DNA from: an uncultured Actinomycetota bacterium
GTDB taxonomy: Bacteria > Actinomycetota > Actinomycetes > Propionibacteriales > Nocardioidaceae
DNA: 64,000 nucleotides
Assembly (NCBI GenBank): GCA_963760555.1
Contig: CAVXDJ010000017.1
Span: forward strand, 90-64,089
Reading direction: 5' to 3'
The notes beneath the pieces are model-generated. The model ran no database searches, had not been told where the DNA came from, and saw nothing but the letters and a program-made list of their open reading frames with translations. Shown here in pieces: positions 29,545 to 40,267 of the stretch; within the stretch, counting starts at the first letter, position 1; each line of letters begins with the position of its first letter. The translations under genes and the position numbers were made by a program.

Positions 29545-32088
29545 TCAGCCTCCCACAGGCCCGTTCGCCGCCCGGGTCGCGCCGAGGGGTGCCGCGCAGG
29601 CGTGCACCGGCTGGGCCAGGGGCGTGCCGGACCCGTCCCGGCGCCCGGTCGCCGCGGGCAGCTCGACGGGCGCACCGCTGGCCGCGGCGGCCCGGGCCGG
29701 ACCGGGCCCGACCCAGGCCAGCAGCAGGCCGTCCTCGCCCTTGAGGAAGCGGTGGCAGCGCACGCCGCCCGTGCCCCGGCCCTTGGCGGGGTACTCCGTG
29801 AACGGCGTGACCTTGGCCGCGCCCGCCTCGGTGCCGGGCAGCGCGGTCGAGGAGCCGGACACGGTCACCACGACCACTCCCGGCGGCGTGGCGTCGTCCG
29901 GGGCGACCGCACCGGTCCCGACGCTGCCGAACCACACGACGTGCTCGTGCGCCGCGAGTCGGATGCCGGCCATGCCACCGCCGGTGCGTCCCTGGGGGCG
30001 CACGAGGTCGGTGGGGAAGTGCAGGAGCTGTGCGTCCGAGGAGACGAAGCAGAGGTCCTCCTCGCCGCCGGAGAGCTCCACGGCGCCGACCACCTCGTCG
30101 CCGTCGGCGAGGCGCACGACCTCCCAGCTCTCGCGGCCCAGCACCTCCGGGTTGACCCGCTTCACGACGCCCTGCCGCGTGCCCAGCGCGATCCCTGGCC
30201 CGTCGGTGGCCAGCGTGCACAGCCCGAGGGCCCGCTCACCGGCGTCGAGCACGAGCAGCTCGGAGAGCGGCAGTCCGCCCTGCAGGTGGGGGTGCGAGGC
30301 CGAGGGGGGCAGCACCGGCAGGTCCAGCACGCCCAGACGGTGGAGTCGTCCGGTCGAGGTCAGCACCCCGATCTCGCCGCGGGCGCTCGCGCGCACCGCG
30401 GAGACCACGACGTCGTGGTTGGCCCGGACGGCCCCGGGCCCGCCGCCGTCGCGTCCTCCGCCGACCTCCCACGCCCCCTCGTCGTGCACCGGGCTCGACC
30501 GGGCCAGCAGACCCCCGCTGGACAGGAGGGCGAGGCACGGCTCGTCCGGCACCTCGAGGGGGGCTGCGGCGCTGGTGACCGCGGTGCTCCCGGCCGAGGC
30601 GAGCAGGACGGTGCGCCGCGGGGTGCCGTAGGTCGTGGCGATCTCGGCGAGCTCGTCGGAGACGACCCGGCGCAGCAGCGCCGGGTCGGCCAGGATCGCC
30701 TCGAGCGCCTCGATCTCACCCCGCAGCTGCTCGGCCTCCTTCTCCAGCTCGATCCGGCTGAAGCGGGTCAGCCGGCGCAGCTGCATCTCCAGGATGTAGT
30801 CGGCCTGGGCGCGCGAGAGGTCGAACACGCCGATCAGCCGCTCCCGGGCCGCGCCGGCGTCGTCGCTGCTGCGGATCACCGCGATCACCTCGTCGATGTC
30901 GAGCAGCGCGACGAGCAGTCCCTCGACGAGGTGCAGCCGCTCGGCCTTGCGGTCGCGGCGGTACGACGAGCGCCGGCGTACGACGTCGAGGCGGTGGGCC
31001 AGGAACACCTCGAGCATCTCCTTCAGGCCCAGGGTGCGGGGCTGGCCGTCGACGAGCGCCACCGCGTTGATCCCGAAGGAGTCCTCCAGCGGGGTCTGGC
31101 GGAAGAGCTGCTCGAGCAGGGCCTCGGGCACGAACCCGTTCTTGACCTCGATGACCAGGCGCAGTCCGTGCGCGCGGTCGGTGAGGTCCTTGACGTCGGA
31201 GATCCCCTGCACCTTCTTGGCCTGCACCAGGGCCTTGATCCGCTCGACCACCTTCTCGGTGCCCACGCCGTAGGGCAGCTCGGTGACCACGATCGCCTGG
31301 CGGCGCCCCACCGGCTCGACCCGCGTCGTCGCCCGCATCTTGAACGACCCACGGCCGCTCTCGTAGGCGTCGCGGACCCCGTCGAGCCCGACGATCTTGC
31401 CGCCGGTCGGCAGGTCGGGGCCGGGCACGAACCGCATCAGGTCCTCGGTCGTGGCGCCCGGGGTGAGGATCAGGTGGCGCAGGGCCTGGACGACCTCCAC
31501 GAGGTTGTGCGGCGCCATGTTGGTGGCCATGCCGACCGCGATCCCCGTCGTCCCGTTGACCACCAGGTTCGGGATCGCGGAGGGCAGCACCGAGGGCTCG
31601 AGCTCGCGGCTGTCGTAGTTGGGGCGGAAGTCGACGGTGTCCTCGCCGATGGAGTCGGTCATCGACACCGCAGGCTCTGCCATCCGGCACTCGGTGTAGC
31701 GCATCGCGGCGGGGGAGTCGTCCGGCGAGCCGAAGTTGCCGTGGCCGTCCACCATCGGCAGGCGCATCGACCAGGACTGGGCGGTGCGCACCAGCGCGTC
31801 GTAGATCGCGGTGTCGCCGTGGGGGTGCAGTCGACCCATCACCTCGCCGACCACGCGGGCGCACTTGACGTGGCCGCGGTCGGGGGTGAGGTTCATCTGC
31901 TGCATCGTGTAGAGGATCCGGCGCTGGACCGGCTTCAGCCCGTCCCGGGCGTCCGGGAGCGCGCGGGAGTAGATGACCGAGTAGGCGTACTCGAGGAACG
32001 AGGTGCGCATCTCCTCGCCGACGTCGATGTCGAGGACGTGCTCCTCGAAGTCGTCGGGCGGAGGCGGAGGTGTCGTACGGCGTGCCAT
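29545..32088 (-). CDS. parC: DNA topoisomerase IV subunit A (GyrA/ParC family)
   Basis: [37 protein letters not shown] (catalytic Tyr), GIAVGMATN and C-terminal pinwheel repeats. Confidence 0.94.
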   Translation of the reverse strand: MARRTTPPPPPDDFEEHVLDIDVGEEMRTSFLEYAYSVIYSRALPDARDGLKPVQRRILYTMQQMNLTPDRGHVKCARVVGEVMGRLHPHGDTAIYDALVRTAQSWSMRLPMVDGHGNFGSPDDSPAAMRYTECRMAEPAVSMTDSIGEDTVDFRPNYDSRELEPSVLPSAIPNLVVNGTTGIAVGMATNMAPHNLVEVVQALRHLILTPGATTEDLMRFVPGPDLPTGGKIVGLDGVRDAYESGRGSFKMRATTRVEPVGRRQAIVVTELPYGVGTEKVVERIKALVQAKKVQGISDVKDLTDRAHGLRLVIEVKNGFVPEALLEQLFRQTPLEDSFGINAVALVDGQPRTLGLKEMLEVFLAHRLDVVRRRSSYRRDRKAERLHLVEGLLVALLDIDEVIAVIRSSDDAGAARERLIGVFDLSRAQADYILEMQLRRLTRFSRIELEKEAEQLRGEIEALEAILADPALLRRVVSDELAEIATTYGTPRRTVLLASAGSTAVTSAAAPLEVPDEPCLALLSSGGLLARSSPVHDEGAWEVGGGRDGGGPGAVRANHDVVVSAVRASARGEIGVLTSTGRLHRLGVLDLPVLPPSASHPHLQGGLPLSELLVLDAGERALGLCTLATDGPGIALGTRQGVVKRVNPEVLGRESWEVVRLADGDEVVGAVELSGGEEDLCFVSSDAQLLHFPTDLVRPQGRTGGGMAGIRLAAHEHVVWFGSVGTGAVAPDDATPPGVVVVTVSGSSTALPGTEAGAAKVTPFTEYPAKGRGTGGVRCHRFLKGEDGLLLAWVGPGPARAAAASGAPVELPAATGRRDGSGTPLAQPVHACAAPLGATRAANGPVGG

Positions 32089-32178
32089 GGCGCCCATCTT
32101 GTCGCGCCCGCACGACCGGGTCCGCCGGGGCTCGCCGAACCGGCCGCCCCCACCCCGGTGCCGCGGTAGGTTGGTCCA

Positions 32179-35031
32179 GTGCCGACCGCCCCCGGGTCCG
32201 AGCAGACCGCCTTCCTGACCGAGCCTCCCGCCCGTGCGGGCGGGGTGCCCGGCCCTCCGCGCGAGTGGCCCCGGCACTGGGAGGCCGACGTGCTGCTGCG
32301 TGACGGCAGCACCGCGCACATCCGCCCGATCACCCCCGAGGACGCCGAGGTCTTCGTCGAGTTCTACGGCCGTGTCTCGGACCGGTCGAAGTACTACCGC
32401 TTCTTCAGCCCCATGCCCGAGCTCAGCAGACGTGACGTGGCCCGGTTCACCTCGGTCGACCATGTCGACCGGGTCGCCCTGGTCATCCTGCTGCGGGGTC
32501 GCATCATCGCCGTCGGTCGCTACGAGTCGTTGGGCGAGGGCGACGCCGAGGTGGCCTTCCTCGTCGAGGACCGTCACCAGGGGCGCGGCATCGCCCAGCT
32601 GCTGCTCGAGCACCTCGCTGCCGCGGGGCGCGAGCGGGGCCTGGACCGGTTCACCGCCGAGGTGCTGCCCGACAACCAGCGCATGATCCAGACCTTCCGC
32701 GACGCGGGCTACCGGGTGGCCAGCGGCTTCGAGGACGGCGTGCTGACCCTGGAGTTCCCCATCGACGCCACCGACACCGCCATCGGTGTCATGCGGGGTC
32801 GCGAGCAGCGGGCCGAGGCGGCCTCGATCGAGCGTTTCTTCAACCCGCGCTCGGTGGCCGTGATCGGCGCCAGCCGACGTCAGGACACCATCGGCCAGAC
32901 GCTGGTGCGCAACCTCGTCACGGGCGACTTCACCGGTCGGGTCTACGTCGTCAACCCCAGCGCGGGCGCCGTCTCGGGCCTGCCCGCCTTCCAGCGCGTC
33001 GGCGACATCCCCGACGAGGTCGACGTCGCGATCGTCGCCGTGCCCGCCGACGCGGTGACCGACGTCGTCCTGGACTGCGCCGCCAAGGGCGTGCACGGCC
33101 TGGTCGTGATCTCCTCGGGCTTCGCCGAGACCGGTCAGGAGGAGGGTCGCAAGCGCCAGCGCCAGCTCGTGGGGCTCGCCCGCTCCTACGGCCTGCGTCT
33201 GATCGGTCCGAACTGCCTGGGCATCATCAACACCGACCCGGCCGTCTCGGTCAACGCCTCGCTGTCCTCGGTGCTGCCGCCGCGGGGCCGGGCGGGCTTC
33301 TTCTGCCAGTCCGGGGCGCTGGGCTCGGCGATCCTGGAGAAGGTGCAGCGCCGTGGGCTCGGCCTCTCGACGTTCGTGTCGGCGGGCAACCGCGCCGACG
33401 TCTCCGGCAACGACCTCCTGCAGTACTGGGAGGAGGACGACGCCACCGAGGTCGTGCTGCTCTACCTGGAGTCGATCGGCAACCCGCGCAAGTTCTCCCG
33501 GATCGCGCGCCGGGTGTCCCTGCGCAAGCCCGTCGTCGCGGTCCGGTCGGGTCGCAGCACGCAAGGCGTCCCGATGGGGCACGCCGTACGCCGGATCGCC
33601 GCGCCACCGCAGGCCGTCGACGCGATGTTCCGCCAGGCCGGGATCATCCAGGTCGACACGCTGGAGGAGATGTTCGACGTCGCGCAGATCCTCGCCCACC
33701 AGCCGCTGCCGCGCGGGAGGCGCGTGGCGATCGTGGGCAACTCCGACGCGCTGGGCCTGCTCGCGGCGGACGCCGCCGCACCCGTCGGGCTGGTGGTCAG
33801 CCGCTCGGTCGCCCTGGGGGCCGACGCCACCGCCGAGGACTTCGAGGACGCCCTGGACGAGGCCATCGACGACCCCGAGGTCGACGCGGTGATGGCGGTC
33901 TACACCCCGCCGCTCAACGTCTCCGGTGACGACGTCGCCAACGTGCTCGCCGCGGTCGGCGAGCAGTCCGACAAGCCGCTCGTGTCGACCTTCCTCGGCG
34001 CCGAGGGCGTCCCGGAGCTGCTGCGGGTCCCCGACGTGGCGGGGTCGACGGCCGGCCGCGGCTCCGTGCCGTCCTACCCGGCGGTCGAGTCCGCCGTGCG
34101 GGCGCTGGCCCGCGTGGTCGACTACGCCGTCTGGCTGCGCACCCCCGACGGACCACCGCCGGACCCGTCGACCGTCGATGCGGCGGCCGCGCGGTCGGTG
34201 GTGCACGCCGCCTTCGTGCAGGCTGAGCGCTCCGAGCTGACCGCGCGGTCCCTGCGCGCCGAGCGGGGCGAGGCGGAGCCGGCCGGGGAGCGTGTCGGCG
34301 CCGAGCCGGGCACGCTGCTCGGGGAGGCCGAGGTCCGCGAGCTGCTCGCCGCCTACGGGATCGACCTGTGGGACCTGCGTCACGTCGGTTCCGAGGAGCA
34401 GGCGCGGGCGGCGGCGCAGGAGCTGGGCTGGGACCACGGCGCCGAGGTGGTGCTCAAGGCCGCCGCCGAGCCGTTGCGGGAACGACCGGACCTGGCGCAC
34501 GTGTGGCGCAGCATCGACGGTGAGGAGGAGATGAGCACCGCCTGGCGCTCGCTCAGCGCCGCGGTGCGTGACGTGCCCGAGCCCGACCTCGTCGTGCAGC
34601 GGCAAGCCGGGTCGGGCGTCCCGGTCGCCATCCGCAGCATCGAGGACCCCCTGTTCGGTCCGGTGGTGTCGTTCGGCATCTCCGGACCGATCATCGAGCT
34701 CCTGGCCGACCGCTCCTACCGGATCCCGCCCCTGGGCGCGCGGGACGCGGCCGCGATGGTGCGTGAGGTCAAGAGCTCGCCCCTGCTCTTCGGCTACCGC
34801 GGCGCCGAGCCCACCGACGTCGCCGCCATCGAGCGGCTGATCACCCAGGTCTCGCAGCTCCAGCTCGACCTGCCCGAGGTGAAGGCCCTCGAGCTGGGGC
34901 TGGTGGTCGCCGGTCCCGAGCACGCCACCGTGCTGACCGCCTCGGCCCGCGTCGCGCCGGTCTCGACGCCGCGCTCGGACCTCTACGCGCGGCGCCTGCC
35001 CGACCAGGCGGGCGACACGATCCCGAGCTAG
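32179..35031 (+). CDS. GNAT plus NDP-forming acyl-CoA synthetase-like protein (Pat-type lysine acetyltransferase)
   Basis: N-terminal GNAT (EVAFLVEDRHQGRGIA), PRSVAVIGAS, RLIGPNCLG, QSGALG, SAGNRADV and C-terminal ATP-grasp-like DPLFGPVV. Confidence 0.9.
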   Translation: MPTAPGSEQTAFLTEPPARAGGVPGPPREWPRHWEADVLLRDGSTAHIRPITPEDAEVFVEFYGRVSDRSKYYRFFSPMPELSRRDVARFTSVDHVDRVALVILLRGRIIAVGRYESLGEGDAEVAFLVEDRHQGRGIAQLLLEHLAAAGRERGLDRFTAEVLPDNQRMIQTFRDAGYRVASGFEDGVLTLEFPIDATDTAIGVMRGREQRAEAASIERFFNPRSVAVIGASRRQDTIGQTLVRNLVTGDFTGRVYVVNPSAGAVSGLPAFQRVGDIPDEVDVAIVAVPADAVTDVVLDCAAKGVHGLVVISSGFAETGQEEGRKRQRQLVGLARSYGLRLIGPNCLGIINTDPAVSVNASLSSVLPPRGRAGFFCQSGALGSAILEKVQRRGLGLSTFVSAGNRADVSGNDLLQYWEEDDATEVVLLYLESIGNPRKFSRIARRVSLRKPVVAVRSGRSTQGVPMGHAVRRIAAPPQAVDAMFRQAGIIQVDTLEEMFDVAQILAHQPLPRGRRVAIVGNSDALGLLAADAAAPVGLVVSRSVALGADATAEDFEDALDEAIDDPEVDAVMAVYTPPLNVSGDDVANVLAAVGEQSDKPLVSTFLGAEGVPELLRVPDVAGSTAGRGSVPSYPAVESAVRALARVVDYAVWLRTPDGPPPDPSTVDAAAARSVVHAAFVQAERSELTARSLRAERGEAEPAGERVGAEPGTLLGEAEVRELLAAYGIDLWDLRHVGSEEQARAAAQELGWDHGAEVVLKAAAEPLRERPDLAHVWRSIDGEEEMSTAWRSLSAAVRDVPEPDLVVQRQAGSGVPVAIRSIEDPLFGPVVSFGISGPIIELLADRSYRIPPLGARDAAAMVREVKSSPLLFGYRGAEPTDVAAIERLITQVSQLQLDLPEVKALELGLVVAGPEHATVLTASARVAPVSTPRSDLYARRLPDQAGDTIPS

Positions 35032-35116
35032 GCAGCGGTGGACGGACGGCAGCGCGCGGCGAGGGCGGAGCGCGGCGAGCTGTCCGGACCTCCCGAGCTC
35101 CTGGGATGATCGCGCC

Positions 35117-35743
35117 GTGATGATCTCCGACTCGGCACGCGTGCTCTTCGTGCACGTGCAGAAGACCGGTGGCAGCTCGATCGACAACTGGCTGCGGGCC
35201 GCGCTGCCCGACGTGCGCACGCTGCCCGACCGAGACCGTCATGCGGGGCTCCGGACGATCCTCAAGGACGAGCCCGGGCTCGCGTCCTACTTCGTCTTCG
35301 GCTTCGTGCGCAACCCGTGGTCGCGGATGCTCTCGTGGCACCGGATGATCCGGCGCTGGGTCGAGGAGGTGCCGGACGGCGAGCCGCTGGAGAGCCTGCG
35401 CTCCTTCGCGGTGAACCCCTTCGCGCGCCGCGTGGCCGTCGAGCTGCCGGACTTCGAGTCGTTCGTGCTGCGCGGTCCCACGCAGTTCCCCCGGTTGCGC
35501 CGCCCGCAGATCGCCTACCTCGAGACCCCCCGCCGCCGGGCGGACCTGATCGGCCGCCAGGAGACCTTCGAGGCCGACCTGGAGGTCGTGCGCGAGCGGG
35601 TCGGACTGACGGCGCGCGAGCAGCACCGCTACAACGCCGACATCCTCCGGGTCGACTACCGCGAGCACTACAGCGCGGCCATGCGCGAGCGGGTCGGGGA
35701 GCTGTTCGCCCGCGACGTCGAGGAGTTCGGCTACGAGTTCTGA
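35117..35743 (+). CDS. Sulfotransferase family 2 protein
   Basis: LFVHVQKTGGSS (5'-PSB), FVRNPWSRMLSW (3'-PB) and C-terminal D.EEFGYEF. Confidence 0.85.
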   Translation: MMISDSARVLFVHVQKTGGSSIDNWLRAALPDVRTLPDRDRHAGLRTILKDEPGLASYFVFGFVRNPWSRMLSWHRMIRRWVEEVPDGEPLESLRSFAVNPFARRVAVELPDFESFVLRGPTQFPRLRRPQIAYLETPRRRADLIGRQETFEADLEVVRERVGLTAREQHRYNADILRVDYREHYSAAMRERVGELFARDVEEFGYEF

Positions 35744-35809
35744 GCCTGCGCGCCGTGCCTGCGGTCGGCACCGCCCGGAGGCTGGGAGACGCCGTGCAAG
35801 ACTGCGCGC

Positions 35810-36397
35810 ATGCGAGGCACCCGTACCGAGGACCGCGACCGCACGCGCGAGCTGCGCCAGGCGATCGAGGCGACCGGTTACTACCCCGACGTGGTGGCGG
35901 ACGGGGTCAGCGCCGCTGTCGCCGGCGAGCAGGTGGTCTCCTTCTACGTCCACCACGAGCCGACCTTCGAGCACGACGAGGTGCGCCGCCACCAGAGCGT
36001 CATCGTGCTCACCCCGAGCCGCCTGGTCCTGGCCCACACCGACGAGCACGCCGGCGACGACCTGCTCCCCGAGCCCTACACGTCGACCTCCACCGAGGCG
36101 GTCAGCCTGGGCAGCATCAGCTCGGTCGTGGTGACGCGGATGACGGCGAACCCGACCTCCGGGCCGCGCCCGCCGGCCGAGGCCGTGATGACGATCGGGT
36201 GGGGCGCAGTGAGTCGCCTCGAGCTCGACCCGGCCGGCTGCAGCGACCCCGAGTGCGACGCCGACCACGGCTACACCGGCACTCTGTCCTCCGACGACTT
36301 CACCCTGCGCGTCTCGGAGACCGCGGACGGCTCCCAGGCCGTGACCGGGCTGCTGTCCTTCGCGGAGTCCCTCTCCGCGCGGACCCACCTGCGGTGA
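35810..36397 (+). CDS. DUF5998-family conserved protein
   Basis: IEATGYYPDVV, HHEPTF..DEVRRH, GWGAVSRLELDPAGCSDPECDADHGYTG. Confidence 0.8.
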   Translation: MRGTRTEDRDRTRELRQAIEATGYYPDVVADGVSAAVAGEQVVSFYVHHEPTFEHDEVRRHQSVIVLTPSRLVLAHTDEHAGDDLLPEPYTSTSTEAVSLGSISSVVVTRMTANPTSGPRPPAEAVMTIGWGAVSRLELDPAGCSDPECDADHGYTGTLSSDDFTLRVSETADGSQAVTGLLSFAESLSARTHLR

Positions 36398-37530
36398 GCC
36401 TGCTCGACCCGGCCTACGGGCGCACGACGCTCGGCGACGTCGTGCCCTCGGTGGCCAGGGCCCTCGGTCGGCCCCTCGCCGGGGCCGGTCCCGACGACGG
36501 GGGCGCGACGCCGGTCCTCGAGCTGCCCGCGGCGGGCTCGTACGTGCTCTTCCTCATCGACGGCCTGGGGACCCGCCAGCTGGCGCGCTACGCCCATGCC
36601 GCGCCGTACCTCTCCTCGCTGCGTGCGGTCTCGGACGCGGCGACCGCGGGGGTGCCGTCGACCACGGCGACGAGCCTCACCTCGCTGGGCACGGCGCTGG
36701 CCCCCGGTGAGCACGGGGTCGTCGGGTACTCCGCCCGGATCCCGGGCACCGACCGGCTGCTCTACACGATGCAGTGGGACAAGGACGTCGACCCGCGCCA
36801 GTGGCAGCCCCACGAGACCACCTTCGCCCGGCTGCAGCGCGCCGGCGTGAGCGTGAGCGTGGTCAACAAGCGCGAGTTCGAGGGCAGCGGACTGACGGAG
36901 GCCGCCCACCGCGGCGCCGACTTCGTCGGTGCCGACAAGGTCGGCGAGCGGATCGCAGCGACCCTCGAGACCAGCGCCGCCACGCCGTCCCTGACCTACC
37001 TCTACGACGGTGACCTCGACTGGACCGGTCACCGCCACGGCGTCGCGTCGACGGCGTGGCTCCAGCAGCTGGCGATCATCGACGCCGAGGCGGAGCAGCT
37101 GCGTGAGTCGCTGCCCGCCGACGTCCGTCTGCTCGTCGTCGCCGACCACGGCATGGTCGACGCCGACCCGGCGACCCGCTTCGACGTCGACGCGCTGCCC
37201 GAGCTCGGCGACGGCGTGAGCCTGTTCGGTGGTGAAGCGCGGTTCCGCCAGCTCTACTGCCCGCGCAGCGCGGTCGAGGACGTCGTCGCCACGTGGCGGG
37301 GCGTGCTCGGCGAGTCCGCGACCGTGCTGCGCCGCGAGGAAGCCGTCGATCGCGGCTGGTTCGGGCCGGTCGCCGCCTCGGTCGTGCCCCGCATCGGCGA
37401 CGTGCTCGTCGCGTGTCACGGTGAGGCCTCGGTCGTGTCCACGGTGGGCTGGCGGCACGAGGCGCGCCTGGTCGGCCTGCACGGCTCGCTGACGCCCGAG
37501 GAGATGCTCATCCCGGTCCTCCTGGACTGA
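36394..37530 (+). CDS. Alkaline phosphatase superfamily / nucleotide pyrophosphatase
   Basis: LIDGLG, PSTTATSLTSLGT, DLDWTGH, ADHGM and HGSLT; GTGA overlap with the upstream gene. Confidence 0.88.
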   Translation: MSLLDPAYGRTTLGDVVPSVARALGRPLAGAGPDDGGATPVLELPAAGSYVLFLIDGLGTRQLARYAHAAPYLSSLRAVSDAATAGVPSTTATSLTSLGTALAPGEHGVVGYSARIPGTDRLLYTMQWDKDVDPRQWQPHETTFARLQRAGVSVSVVNKREFEGSGLTEAAHRGADFVGADKVGERIAATLETSAATPSLTYLYDGDLDWTGHRHGVASTAWLQQLAIIDAEAEQLRESLPADVRLLVVADHGMVDADPATRFDVDALPELGDGVSLFGGEARFRQLYCPRSAVEDVVATWRGVLGESATVLRREEAVDRGWFGPVAASVVPRIGDVLVACHGEASVVSTVGWRHEARLVGLHGSLTPEEMLIPVLLD

Positions 37531-37547
37531 CACCCCGCGTCGCGGCC

Positions 37548-38102
37548 TCAGCGGGCGAAGGCCTCCACCGCCGCCTCGACGAAGGCGTCGAGGTCGTCCG
37601 GGGTCCGGCTCGTCACGAGCGTCCAGCCACCGGTCGGGCAGGTGTAGGACTCCTCGTCGACCCAGGTCCCGTCGGCGTTGGTGATGTCGGTGCGCAGGCT
37701 CGGGAAGCTGGTCAGGGTCTTGCCGGGCAGGACGCCGGCCTCGACCAGGGTCCAAGGTCCGTGGCAGATGGCCGCGACCGGCTTGCCGGCCTCGACGACC
37801 TGCTTGACCAGCGACACCGCGTCCTCGTCGAGCCGGAGCGCGTCGGCGTTGGTCGTGCCGCCGGGCAGGACCAGGGCATCGATGGTCGCGGCGTCGAGAT
37901 CGGCGATGACGCCGTCGGCGGTGAAGGTGTCAGCCTTCTCGACGTCGTTGTTGAAGGCCTGGATGGAGCCGCGCTCCGGTGCGGCCACGACACACTCGGC
38001 GCCGGCCTCGCGCAGGCCCTCGAGGGGACGGGTGAGCTCGACCTGCTCGACGCCGGAGTTGGCCAGGAGGAAGACGATCTTCTTGCCGTCGAGCTGTGCC
38101 AC
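37548..38102 (-). CDS. PfpI/DJ-1 family protein (type 1 glutamine amidotransferase-like)
   Basis: GVEQVEL, LVLPGG..NADALR, AAICHGPW and TSRTPDDL. Confidence 0.92.
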   Translation of the reverse strand: MAQLDGKKIVFLLANSGVEQVELTRPLEGLREAGAECVVAAPERGSIQAFNNDVEKADTFTADGVIADLDAATIDALVLPGGTTNADALRLDEDAVSLVKQVVEAGKPVAAICHGPWTLVEAGVLPGKTLTSFPSLRTDITNADGTWVDEESYTCPTGGWTLVTSRTPDDLDAFVEAAVEAFAR

Positions 38103-38255
38103 GGGGGGCTCCTTCGAGAATGGGTGGGGGAGGTGGTGCGTGGGACCAGGCCATCAGACCCCGACGACCAGGGTGACACCCGCACGGGTGACGGACCGAC
38201 CCCGCTGGGACGGGTCCGTCCACCTCGAGCGCCCGCGGCCCCTAGGATGGCGACC

Positions 38256-38981
38256 ATGGCTCTTCCCGTCCGTGTGGCTGTCATCAACGACTACGCCCTC
38301 GTGGTCGCCGGCACCGCCCGCGTGCTGGAGCAGTTCCGCGACCGCGTCGAGGTGGTCGAGCTCGACAGCAGCATGCCGGTCGTCTCCGACGTCGACGTCG
38401 TCCTGTTCGACGCCTTCGGTCAGGCCCAGGGTCCGGGGATCGATCCCCACGTCCTGATGGAGGGCGGGCAGGCGCGGCTCGTCGTGTTCAGCTGGAACAG
38501 CGACCCCGGCCAGGTCCAGAGCGCGATCGAGCGCGGAGCCGCCGGCTTCGTGGCGAAGTCCGCGACCGGGCTGGAGCTCGTCGAGGCGATCGAGCGGGTG
38601 GCGCGTGGCGAGCGGGTCGTGCCCGACCCCGCCTCCGGTCCGGGCGCCCGCGAGGGCGGGTCCGAGGCCGAGTCCGAGGCCGAGGAGCCGCACTACCGGT
38701 GGCCCGGGGACGACCACGGTCTCAGCTCACGGGAGTCCGAGGTGCTCGCCCTGATCTGCCAGGGACTGAGCAACTCCGACATCGCCGGCCAGATCTACAT
38801 CGGGATCAACACGGTCAAGACCTACATCCGCTCGCTCTACCGCAAGATCGGCGCGACGACGCGGCCCCAGGCGGTCATCTGGGGCATGCAGCACGGCTTC
38901 GAGCCCGATCACCTGCGCAAGGTCGGGAGCAGCCCGGCCGACGAGGTGGCGGGCCCGGGGCCCTCCGGCGTGGCCTCCTGA
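38256..38981 (+). CDS. NarL/LuxR-family response regulator (atypical receiver)
   Basis: VAVINDY..VVLFDAFG..GFVAKS receiver; LSSRESEVLALICQGLSNSDIA..TVKTYIR HTH. Confidence 0.88.
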   Translation: MALPVRVAVINDYALVVAGTARVLEQFRDRVEVVELDSSMPVVSDVDVVLFDAFGQAQGPGIDPHVLMEGGQARLVVFSWNSDPGQVQSAIERGAAGFVAKSATGLELVEAIERVARGERVVPDPASGPGAREGGSEAESEAEEPHYRWPGDDHGLSSRESEVLALICQGLSNSDIAGQIYIGINTVKTYIRSLYRKIGATTRPQAVIWGMQHGFEPDHLRKVGSSPADEVAGPGPSGVAS

Positions 38982-38991
38982 GGTTGCCCGC

Positions 38992-39666
38992 TCAGTCCGC
39001 GGGCGCGGTGCCGAGCCGGTAGCCGACGCCGCGCACCGTCTCGATCGCCACGGGCGAGCCGATCGAGGAGAGCTTGCTGCGGATGCGACGCAGGAACGAG
39101 TCGACGGTGTTCTCGCTCACCACGGCTCCGTCCGGCCACGCTGCGGAGACCACGCTGCGGCGTCGGACGACCTCACCGGGCCGGGAGGTGATCGAGGCCA
39201 GCATCCGGAACTCCGTCGGCGTCAGCAGCACCTCGCCGTGGTCGCTGCGCACGGAGTGCGTGGTGGGGTCGAGGGTCAGTCCTCCCGAGCCCGGACGGAC
39301 CCCACCACGGCGGGCGAGCACCTCGAGACGGGCGAGCACCTCGGCCAGCTCGAAGGGCTTGACGACGTAGTCGTCGGCCCCGGCAGCGAAGCCGGCCAGC
39401 TTCTCGTGGGAGGCACCCAGGGCGGTCAGGAACAGCACGGGTGCGTGCTGGCCCGCCGACTTCAGGGCGGCCACGACGTCGCGCCCGTCGGCGTCCGGCA
39501 GACCGATGTCCATGACCAGCACGTCGAGGGGGTTGTCGGCGCCGAAGACCTTCAGGGCCTCGCGGGCGTCGTGCACGGCCACCACCTCGTGACCGGCCTG
39601 GCGCAGCCCGCGCACGAGCACCTTGCGGATCGCCTCGTGGTCCTCGCAGACACCGATGGTCAGCAC
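38992..39666 (-). CDS. OmpR-family response regulator
   Basis: VCEDH, MDIGLPDADG, FLTA, GADDYVVKPF, LTPTEF and IETVRGVGY. Confidence 0.93.
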   Translation of the reverse strand: MLTIGVCEDHEAIRKVLVRGLRQAGHEVVAVHDAREALKVFGADNPLDVLVMDIGLPDADGRDVVAALKSAGQHAPVLFLTALGASHEKLAGFAAGADDYVVKPFELAEVLARLEVLARRGGVRPGSGGLTLDPTTHSVRSDHGEVLLTPTEFRMLASITSRPGEVVRRRSVVSAAWPDGAVVSENTVDSFLRRIRSKLSSIGSPVAIETVRGVGYRLGTAPAD

Positions 39667-39679
39667 GCTCGATCTCCTC

Positions 39680-40171
39680 TCAGCTGCCGGAGCCGGACGA
39701 GATCTGGTCGGCCCAGGCCGCCCGGGCGCCCGAGTCGCCGACGCGATAGACCTGGACGGTCGTGGTGAGGGCCACGATGACGGCGAGCGCGGCCACGATG
39801 GTCGGCAGCGTCCGCGGCCCCGGGCCGGGCTTGCCCGCCGCGCGGCGGCGCTCGAGGAGCACCAGGGCCAGGGTCAGCACGACCAGGGGGACGGCGAGGT
39901 AGATCAGCTGGTCCCCGAGGGCGGCGTGCTCACCAGGATCTCCCACCCTCTTCTCGAGCGACTCTCCGCTCGACGTCGCGATCGGGACCAGGACGGTGGC
40001 GACGGCGGCCACGGCGACGACGAGCCAGCCGTAGGTGAGGCGCCACCTGGGCCGCACCGCGATCGCGATCGTGCCGAGGACGGCGAGCGGCAGCAGCACG
40101 ACGACGCCGTGCACGACGAGCACGTGCACGGGCAGTCCGTTGATCAGGTCGAACATCCTGGGGTCTCCCAT
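39680..40171 (-). CDS. DUF2231 membrane protein
   Basis: GLPVHVLVVHGVVVLLP, SGE, EHAALG and GDSGARAAW; start may be ATG 40156. Confidence 0.82.
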   Translation of the reverse strand: MGDPRMFDLINGLPVHVLVVHGVVVLLPLAVLGTIAIAVRPRWRLTYGWLVVAVAAVATVLVPIATSSGESLEKRVGDPGEHAALGDQLIYLAVPLVVLTLALVLLERRRAAGKPGPGPRTLPTIVAALAVIVALTTTVQVYRVGDSGARAAWADQISSGSGS

Positions 40172-40267
40172 GGGGGTCAGCAGCGGGGTCGACAGGGTCG
40201 TGGAGTGACGGTGTCCAGGCCATCATGGCGACCCCTACCTGCCGCCGACCTGAACGACGCGGGAGGC

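Noticed and set aside
29545-35220. 1891-aa ORF as a giant ParC fusion
   Set aside because: The first ~1040 aa are the antisense shadow of the Pat gene; ParC homology starts at ATG 32088
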